A DNA stretch of 64,000 nt from a virus. The stretch lies in IMG/VR virus record IMGVR_UViG_3300028394_000040. One strand, given 5' to 3'. The notes under the pieces are model-generated. The model was not told the DNA's origin. It saw only the letters and a program-made list of their open reading frames with translations, and searched no databases. The position numbers and the translations under genes are program-made. Below are positions 47,196-55,897 of the stretch, one piece after another. Positions within the stretch are counted from its first letter, which is position 1, and each line of letters starts with the position of its first letter.

Positions 47196-47426
47196 TTATT
47201 CGTTGTTAATTTTTTTGTAGACTGAGTTGGTAATGGCTAAAGCCCAAATAGCTAAAAGAACTCTCCACCAAATAGACCAATTAGCTATATTTAAATCCCA
47301 ATTTATAAAGGAAATAATAACATAAGGAATAAATGTTGAGGCAAGAATTAAAATAACATAAGCTAGGAAAGGTAATTTTTTCATCGAATTAAGGAATGTA
47401 TATTGCTGAATTTCTATCGTTTTCAA
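47196..47426 (-). CDS. small two-TM membrane protein (likely start 47384)
   Basis: SFINWDLNIANWSIWWR. Confidence 0.55.
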   Translation of the reverse strand: MKTIEIQQYTFLNSMKKLPFLAYVILILASTFIPYVIISFINWDLNIANWSIWWRVLLAIWALAITNSVYKKINNE

Positions 47427-47853
47427 AGAATTCTACTTTTGTAACTTGGACTCTTCCTGAGGTCTCTTCTATAACAAAAGGATTAACCTTGCTATAAATA
47501 AACTCAGCGAATTTCTCTGCACCTACATCCGGGAGTAGTCTTAACTGTATTACTCCTAGACCGTCCATAGTTTTGTACCCATTTATACCTGGATCGTCTT
47601 CTGCTACTAAACAAGTATGGTCAAACATATAGTCCATCCACTCTTTAGGATTCTTACCATCTATAGTACCTTTAGCTCTTTTCATGCCGCCAAAATCCCA
47701 TACCCAATTTCGCTCATCTAAATCTCCTTCAAACCATAAACGAAAAGATATACCATATCCATGTATAAATTTACAATGAGTGCCTTCGGCTCTCCACTGA
47801 CGGAAAATAGTACTGTATCCGTCAAACAGCTTTGTTGAAATAAACTTTGCCAT
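47389..47853 (-). CDS. queD: 6-carboxytetrahydropterin synthase
   Basis: HCKFIHGY, WDFG, FDHT, GAEKFA, ENDRNSA. Confidence 0.92.
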   Translation of the reverse strand: MAKFISTKLFDGYSTIFRQWRAEGTHCKFIHGYGISFRLWFEGDLDERNWVWDFGGMKRAKGTIDGKNPKEWMDYMFDHTCLVAEDDPGINGYKTMDGLGVIQLRLLPDVGAEKFAEFIYSKVNPFVIEETSGRVQVTKVEFFENDRNSAIYIP

Positions 47854-47862
47854 AATTTTAAA

Positions 47863-48372
47863 TTAAAGGTATTTACTTATTATATCTAATCTCTCCTCAA
47901 CTGACCCTGTTACTTTAATAATTTTTTCAGTCGGTATATGTTTTTCCATAAAGCTTACTATAACAGCGTCTACTTTATTTTGTAACTCCTCGTTAAGTCT
48001 ATCCGGGTCGTAAACAAATCCGAATTCAATAGGAATATAAAAAAAATGTTCTACCTGTTCCTGTGTTTGGTCAAACAACTTAACCATCTCCGATGTATCC
48101 ATCGTAGGATTAATAATTTGGGTATACAAAATACAGTCTACAATACTTCTAGTCGAGATCACGTACTTATGGGAAAGGTAATTTTGATAAGCCCAAGTCG
48201 ATAACTCATTGATTACTAATTGCTTTTCGTAATCAGAGAAGTCTAACTGCTTAGCTATCTTAAATACAGGTCTAGAAAACCCGTCTGTTACATAATAGTT
48301 AGCAAATTTTTCACTAACAGCTTTTAACAACGTACTCTTACCTACACCATGACTTCCTAATAAGATTTTCAT
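47863..48372 (-). CDS. P-loop (d)NMP kinase-like protein (AAA_28-type)
   Basis: GSHGVGKST, TRSIVD, YIPIEF, GSVEER. Confidence 0.75.
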   Translation of the reverse strand: MKILLGSHGVGKSTLLKAVSEKFANYYVTDGFSRPVFKIAKQLDFSDYEKQLVINELSTWAYQNYLSHKYVISTRSIVDCILYTQIINPTMDTSEMVKLFDQTQEQVEHFFYIPIEFGFVYDPDRLNEELQNKVDAVIVSFMEKHIPTEKIIKVTGSVEERLDIISKYL

Positions 48373-49001
48373 ACTTCGAATTCTAAATTTTCTACGGTCT
48401 CTTTTCCTAAAGGTAGTAATTTTGATTTAAGTAAAAAAGTAATCCAACAAGTAAATGATGTACTTTTTAGAATATCATACATACTATCTAAGGATCTAGC
48501 TATATTACTAGTACTGCATTGCATTACTATATCCCCCTCATCTACTCCTTCTGTTACTTTATGAACTACCGAACCGACCTCTCTATACTTACCTTCCCAT
48601 GCCTTAATTTGTGGGTCTTTACCTTTTAATTCCGGATATGAACTAATTAAACCAGGATGGCCGTTGTAGATACTTCCTTTAAAGTTCTTGATAAAAGATG
48701 CAGGTAAAATTCTGAGATATCCGTGTAACGTTATTAAATTACAATTATTTAAAATTTCACTATGATAACTCTCTTCTGTAGGCCTAAAAGGCAGTTTAAC
48801 TATTTCTACATTATTTTTCTTGAAAAATTTTAAGGAATTAGCAGATAATTTATTAAAGTTATTAGTTAACAAATATCCAGGAGTTATATTTAATGCATTG
48901 CATACTTCTACTACTTCCGAACCTGTTTGTGATACAAATACTGCCCATTTAGAAACTTTCATTCTATTGTCCTTGTGCTTTTTTAGTATAAAATCCAACA
49001 T
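48369..49001 (-). CDS. dpdN: PurN-like formyltransferase (candidate DpdN, preQ1 formyltransferase; likely start 48962)
   Basis: SQTGSE, HGYLRIL, NGHPG, VHKVTEGVDEG; directly downstream of queF. Confidence 0.75.
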   Translation of the reverse strand: MLDFILKKHKDNRMKVSKWAVFVSQTGSEVVEVCNALNITPGYLLTNNFNKLSANSLKFFKKNNVEIVKLPFRPTEESYHSEILNNCNLITLHGYLRILPASFIKNFKGSIYNGHPGLISSYPELKGKDPQIKAWEGKYREVGSVVHKVTEGVDEGDIVMQCSTSNIARSLDSMYDILKSTSFTCWITFLLKSKLLPLGKETVENLEFEV

Positions 49002-49884
49002 TTTTTAATGCAGAAGAGATTAACATAGTAGATGATGCCCTGACTGGATTAATATCTAATGAACCACGTCTAGCGTATAATAACATAACTGAACATTCAT
49101 GGACTAAAGGGTTTTTCATTATTTCCAAGTATAACTTTTCACAGCAGAATTCATGGAATTCATTTACTTCTCTTAAAGATATAACTAATTTTAATAATTC
49201 CTTACCGTATACCGAACCTCTTTTAGTTATAATTTTAAAATAAGCAGCACCTGTATCTTTTTGCTTTGTATGTCTACATCTAGAACGAAGAACATTAGTA
49301 AAAGATTTGTTAACCTCTCCTAGCGGATCATCGTCAATAATAATATTATACGATTCTTGAGAGTTATAATCTGTTATTACTAAATTCTGTAATTCAGCTA
49401 GACTAACCGACTTATATAAATCTCGATATCCTTCACCTGGGTCTCTTTCATATATTTTATCTTCTCCAGAACTAAAAAACTTCACCTCGACGTCTGCACC
49501 AATACATTTGCTTATATCTAGTATGACTTGATTCTCATAATTCTCTATAGCTTCTTCAAAAGTAGAGCCCATCTTACACATATCAAAAGAATTTAAATAT
49601 AATTTAAAGCTTTTTGATTCAACCATAAATTCTGAATTAGCCGGACAAATAATTTTTAACGTTCCTGCTACTGGTAAGCCATTATTTAACAAAAACGTAG
49701 CTTCATGACAATGCCAAACATCATAACCTACAAACTCATTTCCGGTAATACCCCAATCACCTCTGGCTGCTGCCCTTGGCATTGGATTTAATAATGATGC
49801 ATCGAATTTATCAGTATAAATTGCATAGGAGTTCTCTGAACCTAGAGACTTACTAGCAAATTCATTCATATTACCACTTGACAT
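48964..49884 (-). CDS. queF: NADPH-dependent 7-cyano-7-deazaguanine reductase (bimodular)
   Basis: VESKSFKLYL, LRSRCRHTKQKDTG, EFHE, YARRGSLDINP. Confidence 0.93.
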   Translation of the reverse strand: MSSGNMNEFASKSLGSENSYAIYTDKFDASLLNPMPRAAARGDWGITGNEFVGYDVWHCHEATFLLNNGLPVAGTLKIICPANSEFMVESKSFKLYLNSFDMCKMGSTFEEAIENYENQVILDISKCIGADVEVKFFSSGEDKIYERDPGEGYRDLYKSVSLAELQNLVITDYNSQESYNIIIDDDPLGEVNKSFTNVLRSRCRHTKQKDTGAAYFKIITKRGSVYGKELLKLVISLREVNEFHEFCCEKLYLEIMKNPLVHECSVMLLYARRGSLDINPVRASSTMLISSALKNVGFYTKKAQGQ

Positions 49885-50671
49885 AGTTCTTAAAAGTTTT
49901 TACGTTTTTATAAATTAATTCTATTTGTTCTTTTTCTAATTTAGTATCTAAATTATCTGCAAGTTTTAAACTAGGTTTTGGTGCTAGTAAGCCATGTTCT
50001 GTAAACTCATTACCTACCCATCCGTTAATAATAGGAGAACTAGTATCTATAGAGTAGATGTAATCAGCTACGGACTGCCCTTTAAATAATTCAAATTCAA
50101 CTGGGTTTAGAGTACCTAGTAAATGAATTTTTAATGCTATAGCCTCATGCAGTTTAAATTTATGCTTATACCACCATTGTAAAAATCTGAATCTTACGGT
50201 AACATAATCAGACTTTTCTATTAAGTCAAAAGGTAAAGCTATAATGTCTATATCTTCACTTAGAAAATAGGACATACAGCTATAAATTTCGTCAAAAGTA
50301 TCTCCTTGGCATACTCCCATATACTTTTGGTCTTTAACTTTATACTTAGCTAAATACTCCTTTGCATTATCTAATGTAACTCTATAGTCATTAACCTTAT
50401 CAGGTAAAACCAAATGTGTTGGTTTATACTCATTACATAATTCAGCTAATTCTTCTAATGGTATAGACTCACCTAATTCAAAAGCAGAATTATCTAAAAT
50501 AGAATAAGAAGATGATGCTAGTTTATTTTTATAAAAGTCTGCATACTCCTTATCCTTATTAAGTAAATGACCTAATACATAAGGGTAATCACTAATTTTA
50601 TCATGCTCACTGAATAACTGCTTAGGAATTTCGTGAGATACTAAAGGTCTTCTCATATACTTACTTCGCAT
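49871..50671 (-). CDS. dpdA: TGT-like TIM-barrel deazaguanine transglycosylase (DpdA, probably DpdA3-like)
   Basis: LDNSAFE, LPD, VCQG, IHLLG, SIDTSS; lies between queC and queF. Confidence 0.72.
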   Translation of the reverse strand: MRSKYMRRPLVSHEIPKQLFSEHDKISDYPYVLGHLLNKDKEYADFYKNKLASSSYSILDNSAFELGESIPLEELAELCNEYKPTHLVLPDKVNDYRVTLDNAKEYLAKYKVKDQKYMGVCQGDTFDEIYSCMSYFLSEDIDIIALPFDLIEKSDYVTVRFRFLQWWYKHKFKLHEAIALKIHLLGTLNPVEFELFKGQSVADYIYSIDTSSPIINGWVGNEFTEHGLLAPKPSLKLADNLDTKLEKEQIELIYKNVKTFKNYVKW

Positions 50672-51554
50672 ATTCGGCTAGTACTTTCTCTACTGATGCT
50701 CTAGCTACATCCCAGCTAACAGGTCCTGTTTCATCTGCATATGCCACCGGATCTGGACGTCCTAAACGAATAAATGCTTCTATACGTTCTACTGATGCTG
50801 CTGATTTATAATCAGAATACCAGTTACCTATCTTCCATCCTTCACTTGTAGGTTGATCTTGTATAAAAATTGGCTTATAAGATGTATTAGTACGTTTATA
50901 TACCTCATTAAAATTTAAACCTAATTTCTCACAAGCTACTAACCCATCTTCTAAAATTTCAAATTTGCTTACTTCTAGATACGGAGTATAGTGGTATACT
51001 AATTCAGAATCCCAATTACCTACTTTAAATGCCTCAAAATCAGCATCACGAAACTCTTGACGACAGTCAGGGTAAATAGCATGATCTCCAGCGTGAATAC
51101 CCATTGCGATAGCTACTTCTTGCTTATCGCCTTTAGTTGCTACAGATAATGCAGCGGCTTGAATTAAAGAAGCGAAAATCTTATTACGATTAGGTACGAC
51201 AGTTTCTTTCATGTTGTCTTGCTCATAATGTCCTTCTGGAACTTCATCACCTCCTGTAACTAAAGCAGAATGTAGTAAGTTTTGTAATCCATCTAATTTA
51301 ATGATTTGATGTTTTACTATAGGATATGCTTCTTCAAATCCACCGAATACATGGTCAGTATGAGTAATTCTCATAGGATTTGTATTAATGTATTCTACTA
51401 AAGATTTAGCCCGGTCTAATTCAACACGGTGTTTTTGACCGTAATCAAACCCTAATGCGGTAACTTCATAGCCGTTAGCTAATAAATGAAGTAATAAAGT
51501 AGAGGAATCCATCCCTCCGCTGAGTGATAAAACTGCTTTTTTTGTACTAAACAT
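50661..51554 (-). CDS. queC: 7-cyano-7-deazaguanine synthase
   Basis: SGGMDS, FDYGQKH, VPNRN, HAGDHAIYPDCR. Confidence 0.95.
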   Translation of the reverse strand: MFSTKKAVLSLSGGMDSSTLLLHLLANGYEVTALGFDYGQKHRVELDRAKSLVEYINTNPMRITHTDHVFGGFEEAYPIVKHQIIKLDGLQNLLHSALVTGGDEVPEGHYEQDNMKETVVPNRNKIFASLIQAAALSVATKGDKQEVAIAMGIHAGDHAIYPDCRQEFRDADFEAFKVGNWDSELVYHYTPYLEVSKFEILEDGLVACEKLGLNFNEVYKRTNTSYKPIFIQDQPTSEGWKIGNWYSDYKSAASVERIEAFIRLGRPDPVAYADETGPVSWDVARASVEKVLAEYAK

Positions 51555-51574
51555 ATAACTTTATTTATAAAATT

Positions 51575-51616
51575 AAGACGTATTATTTTATTGATCGATT
51601 AGTCCCGGTAACCGAT
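51575..51616 (-). promoter_or_regulatory. candidate H-type pseudoknot in the queC leader
   Basis: ATCGGTTA-CCGGGAC-TAATCGAT, A-rich linker, then GTCTT complementary to loop GGGAC. Confidence 0.35.
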
Positions 51617-52062
51617 TAGAATAACTCTCTAATTACTGAACTTTTTACTGGCAGACAGTATAAATCCTTATTTCTACCTACTCTTTTAAGCTCTCTTCCT
51701 TGAACGTAATTTCTCATTTCTTTAAGAGAGTATTCGTAGCATTTATTATTTTCAATATCATAAGTTAAAATTTTATCAGCCTGGGAGGTATAAAACCATC
51801 CTGGCATTCCTGAAGGAGATTTTTCTACTTCTAAAAAAGTAAAACCATTTCTCACATTAGTTTTTATATCGGCCCTATCCCATTCCTTGGTAACTGCATT
51901 ATAATATTCAATATCATATCCTTTCAACTGCTTATGCTTGAAAGTATCAAAATCGTTCGTATAGTCTTTAATCTCATAGCCTCTTGTTGTCATTTCTGCT
52001 ATAACATTAATTTCTCCTGATCTACCTTTTTGGTAGTTTACCGATAACTCAAATTTGCTCAT
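51616..52062 (-). CDS. PD-(D/E)XK restriction-like nuclease
   Basis: G..GE, GYD, ADIKT, FLE, GWFYTSQAD. Confidence 0.6.
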   Translation of the reverse strand: MSKFELSVNYQKGRSGEINVIAEMTTRGYEIKDYTNDFDTFKHKQLKGYDIEYYNAVTKEWDRADIKTNVRNGFTFLEVEKSPSGMPGWFYTSQADKILTYDIENNKCYEYSLKEMRNYVQGRELKRVGRNKDLYCLPVKSSVIRELF

Positions 52063-52079
52063 TTTGTTAGTTTTAAAGT

Positions 52080-53795
52080 TTAACCACCACAGCTTAAACA
52101 GTCTTCAGAAGTTCTACTTCCAATATCACCGTTAATAACCGAATCGGTCCTTATATAATATAACGTTTTAACTCCTAATTTCCAAGCTGTTTGATGTACT
52201 AAATTAATAAATCTAGGATTATCTGTTGGATCAAAGAACAAATTTAGTGATTGAGCTTGGTCTATATACCTCTGCCTTACAGCTGCCTGCTCAACAAGGC
52301 CTAGCTGGTTTATTTCTACTGCGGTTAAAAAAACTTCTTTATCATCTGCAGGCATAACCTCTTCAGGTAGATTAGCTATAGATCCTCTATCTTTCATAAT
52401 CTGATCCCATACCTCTTCAGTATTATGCCCTCTGTTCTCTAAGTACTTAGATAATTCATCATTACGTCTGATAAAAGTACCTTTAGGTCCATTAAAAGTG
52501 TAAATATTAGCTATTACAGGTTCAATACCTGCAGATACTCCTCCTGAGATTGTAGCATTAGATAATGTAGGTGCGATAGCTATTAGATGCGAGTTTCTCA
52601 TACCTGTACCTTTACACCAAACAGGCTCTCCGTATTCGTTAGCTAACTTTCTTGAAGCTGCTTCTGCTTGAGATTTTATCTGAGAGAAAATAGTATTTGT
52701 ATAAGAGGTAGAAGCTATCGATAAGAAAGGAATTTCTTTAGATTGTAAGAATGTATGCCATCCTAAGACTCCTAATCCTAATGCTCGTCCTTTCTTAGCT
52801 GATCTATGAGTTCTAATCATTGATTCTTTACCGTTAGTTTTAGCTAGGAATTCTTCTAATACTCCATCAAGGAAGTAAATAGAAGTTTCAATTAAATCAG
52901 AATCTTTCCATTCGTCATACTTTGCTAAGTTAACAGATGATAAGCAGCAAATAAAGCTATGTTCTTCGTCGGTATGTAAAGCAATTTCAGTACAGATGTT
53001 AGTCATAGTAACATCTAGGTTATTCTTTACATAAGCAGGAGGATTTACTTTATTAACGTTATCCTTATACATTACGAAAGGCTCACCTGTCTCTATTCTA
53101 GTTTTTAAAATTTCTATCCACAACTCCATAGCTTCTGGATCTCTATGCTCTAACTTAAGCATAAATTTATCATCTACTACAACGCATTGGTGTAAATTTA
53201 AACATTGACGATTGGGGTCTCCTTTAGGTCGCCTAATCTGCAAAAACTCCTTTATATCTGGGTGATTAATATCTAGATTAACCGATGATGCACCTCTACG
53301 TACAGTTCCTTGATTAGTAGCTATAATAGTAGAATCATAAATCTTAGCCCAAGGTACAACACCTTCTGACTGACCTAATCCTTCTTTACCTATTTTAATT
53401 CCTCTTCCTCTAATTCTAGATAAACTAATACCTACCCCACCACCAACTGAGGTTAGTTTCATTAACTCAGCGTTAGTTAAACCTATACCTCTTATAGAAT
53501 CTGGTGTATCTATACCAAAACATGAAATAGGTAAGCCTCTATCCGTACCTGTATTAGCTAGTACTGGAGAGGCTAGACATAACCATCCTTTCCACATATA
53601 CTTATAAAACTTAGCAGCCAGGTCCGGACGATCTAATCTCATAGCTACTGCATCAGATACTCTCTTATAAGCCTTCTTTGGAGTCTCAAGTGGAAGTAGA
53701 TAGTCTTTTGATATAGTGGCTAAAGATATTTCATTCATCCATTCAGGATAATCTTTTCCAGCTTCCCATCCGTATATGTCTAGTATAGTATTCAT
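52080..53795 (-). CDS. nrdA: class I ribonucleotide reductase large subunit (no ATP cone)
   Basis: SPVLAN, PISCF, GGGVG, TNICTEI, APT, DQAQS, KTLYY, C-terminal CLSC. Confidence 0.96.
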   Translation of the reverse strand: MNTILDIYGWEAGKDYPEWMNEISLATISKDYLLPLETPKKAYKRVSDAVAMRLDRPDLAAKFYKYMWKGWLCLASPVLANTGTDRGLPISCFGIDTPDSIRGIGLTNAELMKLTSVGGGVGISLSRIRGRGIKIGKEGLGQSEGVVPWAKIYDSTIIATNQGTVRRGASSVNLDINHPDIKEFLQIRRPKGDPNRQCLNLHQCVVVDDKFMLKLEHRDPEAMELWIEILKTRIETGEPFVMYKDNVNKVNPPAYVKNNLDVTMTNICTEIALHTDEEHSFICCLSSVNLAKYDEWKDSDLIETSIYFLDGVLEEFLAKTNGKESMIRTHRSAKKGRALGLGVLGWHTFLQSKEIPFLSIASTSYTNTIFSQIKSQAEAASRKLANEYGEPVWCKGTGMRNSHLIAIAPTLSNATISGGVSAGIEPVIANIYTFNGPKGTFIRRNDELSKYLENRGHNTEEVWDQIMKDRGSIANLPEEVMPADDKEVFLTAVEINQLGLVEQAAVRQRYIDQAQSLNLFFDPTDNPRFINLVHQTAWKLGVKTLYYIRTDSVINGDIGSRTSEDCLSCGG

Positions 53796-54421
53796 TAAAT
53801 TTTATTTTTGTACTGTTCTACTTTTTTTGTAAATATCTTATTCTGTTCAGTTTCCGAAAAATTTTTACAGTATTTAGTAATAAATTGCCTTGCTAATTGT
53901 TCTGGAGGTTTTGGCTTTCCGGTCCAAGATGGCTTTCTTCCTTTTAGTGTCGCTGAAATTGCTGCTCTTACCTCTAATCTTTTTGCAGGATTATTAATTC
54001 CTGTTTTCGTTCCCTTTAGCGAATCACTCTGCTTCTCTCTCCTTTCTACTGCCCCCTTTACTCCTAATAGTTCCTCCCAAGTCTTACCTTTCAGTGCTTT
54101 TGATATCTTAGCTCGTACTTCTACTCTTTTTGTAGGATTTTCTTCACCTATTGCAAATCCTGTTGCTAAGTTTTTCTTATTATAGCTATCTGGATTCTGC
54201 ATTGCTTTCACTTCAGTTAATATTTCTGATTCCTTTTCCCTAAAATAGATTCCCTCATATAGAATTTCTCTAGCAAAATTAACGAGTCCATGCTCCCTAA
54301 ATGCTTTCTTAATATCTGTACCGCTAGCGGTATACTTGTCTCCAGCTGTTCCTTTATGTGATCCAATATACCACTTTCCATTGAGGTTATTGGTCCATTT
54401 GTAAACTATTCCTGTTTTCAT
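53795..54421 (-). CDS. GIY-YIG homing endonuclease with NUMOD3-like repeats
   Basis: GIVY...WYIG; RAKISKALKGK-type repeats; inserted between nrdB and nrdA. Confidence 0.88.
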   Translation of the reverse strand: MKTGIVYKWTNNLNGKWYIGSHKGTAGDKYTASGTDIKKAFREHGLVNFAREILYEGIYFREKESEILTEVKAMQNPDSYNKKNLATGFAIGEENPTKRVEVRAKISKALKGKTWEELLGVKGAVERREKQSDSLKGTKTGINNPAKRLEVRAAISATLKGRKPSWTGKPKPPEQLARQFITKYCKNFSETEQNKIFTKKVEQYKNKI

Positions 54422-54554
54422 AATAAAAAAAGCTTAGGCTTTCGAGGTCGTAGTACCTACTACCGTAAGCTTTGGTTGATATTTTATCTACAATTGAAGC
54501 TACGACTCTCCATATCTATATAATAACTTTTAGTAGTATCTCTTACTAGCTTAG

Positions 54555-55538
54555 TTAGAAAACAGCAGAAGAGTCCCACGACATATGACCTTTTGAATAA
54601 TTTGTTACTCTATTCGCAAAAAAGTCTGTTTGCTGTTTACCAGCTATAACAGCATCAAACCATTTCATAGTCTTTAATGCTCCTTTATCTATTTCGCTAG
54701 AAGGTATTAAAGGTTTTAAACCTAAATCTCCCATCTTAGTATTTACTCTATGTTTAATAAAGTTTTTTAAGTCTTCCTTAGATAAATTCTCTAAATCGCC
54801 CATTTCAAAAACTTTATCGATAAAATCGAATTCCAATTTAATAGCTAGTCTAGCAGCAGTCTCTATTTCGTCTATTAATATAGGTGAAAGTAGTTTAGGA
54901 TTTTCACCAACAAGCTCTCTAAATAACCAACAACCAGCTTCTGAATGTAATGATTCGTCTCTTACTGACCATTCTACTATTTGGCCTACTCCTTTAAGTT
55001 TATTTCTCATCTTAAAAGAGAGTAAAACAGCGAAAGAAGAAAATAAGTTTACTCCTTCTGTAAATGCTGAAAAGATAGCTAGAGATTTAGCAATTTCATG
55101 CCAGTCTTTTTTACCATCATGACTACTTGCAACATTCATTAAAGACTGTATTTTAGCTTTTGTTGCTTCATCTTCCATAAACTCAGCAAAGTTATCTAAG
55201 CCTAATTGTTCGTTTAAAAGAGAATATGCTTCAGCATGAATAGTTTCAAAGGAACCAAAGGTAGTAGCCATCATAATGACTTCCGGCTTTCTAAACCATT
55301 TTGTTACTAACCCAGTCCAATAATCATTAACTACAGTTTCCGTCTGGGCAAAGCCTTTTAAAATTCCTCCTATAACGTTCTTTTCGTTATCTTTTAAATT
55401 TGAATTCCAATCTGTTATATCTTGGGACATCGGCACTTCAGTATGAAGCCAATGTGCTTGCTGCTGTTTTAACCAGTAATCATATGCCTTAGGATACTCA
55501 AAAGGCTTATAGACAACTCGTTCTTCGATTAAACTCAT
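54555..55538 (-). CDS. nrdB: class I ribonucleotide reductase small subunit
   Basis: KPFEY, ETIHAEAY, EGVNLFSSF, RDESLH, DFF. Confidence 0.96.
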   Translation of the reverse strand: MSLIEERVVYKPFEYPKAYDYWLKQQQAHWLHTEVPMSQDITDWNSNLKDNEKNVIGGILKGFAQTETVVNDYWTGLVTKWFRKPEVIMMATTFGSFETIHAEAYSLLNEQLGLDNFAEFMEDEATKAKIQSLMNVASSHDGKKDWHEIAKSLAIFSAFTEGVNLFSSFAVLLSFKMRNKLKGVGQIVEWSVRDESLHSEAGCWLFRELVGENPKLLSPILIDEIETAARLAIKLEFDFIDKVFEMGDLENLSKEDLKNFIKHRVNTKMGDLGLKPLIPSSEIDKGALKTMKWFDAVIAGKQQTDFFANRVTNYSKGHMSWDSSAVF

Positions 55539-55619
55539 AGTTAAAAGATTTATTTTTTAAAGATAGAAAATACGACTAAATTAGACAACTAAAATAGAAT
55601 TATTTAAAAAAAATTTTAC

Positions 55620-55862
55620 TTACTTAATGGAATCTGTGTACTTTACTGGTGGTTTAGGTAGATCGTACTTAGACTGGAATTTAGCTAGGTCGTTGTGGGG
55701 TAAACTATATGGAGTTTCCCTACCTGCTGTATTAACCAATACACCTTTATTTTTAGATTGAAACAGGGCTTTAATGTAAGAACTAGCAGAATTTTTTGAT
55801 GCCTTACCTGGTGCGGTATTTGAATTCTTGGAAGATGATTTAAATAGTTCTAAAATGTTCAT
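55620..55862 (-). CDS. hypothetical protein
   Basis: ORF preceded by TATTTAT. Confidence 0.45.
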   Translation of the reverse strand: MNILELFKSSSKNSNTAPGKASKNSASSYIKALFQSKNKGVLVNTAGRETPYSLPHNDLAKFQSKYDLPKPPVKYTDSIK

Positions 55863-55897
55863 AGATAGCCTCTTTTAGATAAATATAAGTTTGTCAA

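Noticed and set aside
45154-51554. Que genes serving tRNA queuosine synthesis only
   Set aside because: No queA or queG/H and no canonical Zn-binding Tgt; the short TGT-like gene plus formyltransferase fits DNA modification better, although this is unproven
53795-54421. Group I intron in the nrd genes
   Set aside because: nrdA and nrdB are each continuous ORFs; the endonuclease is free-standing between them
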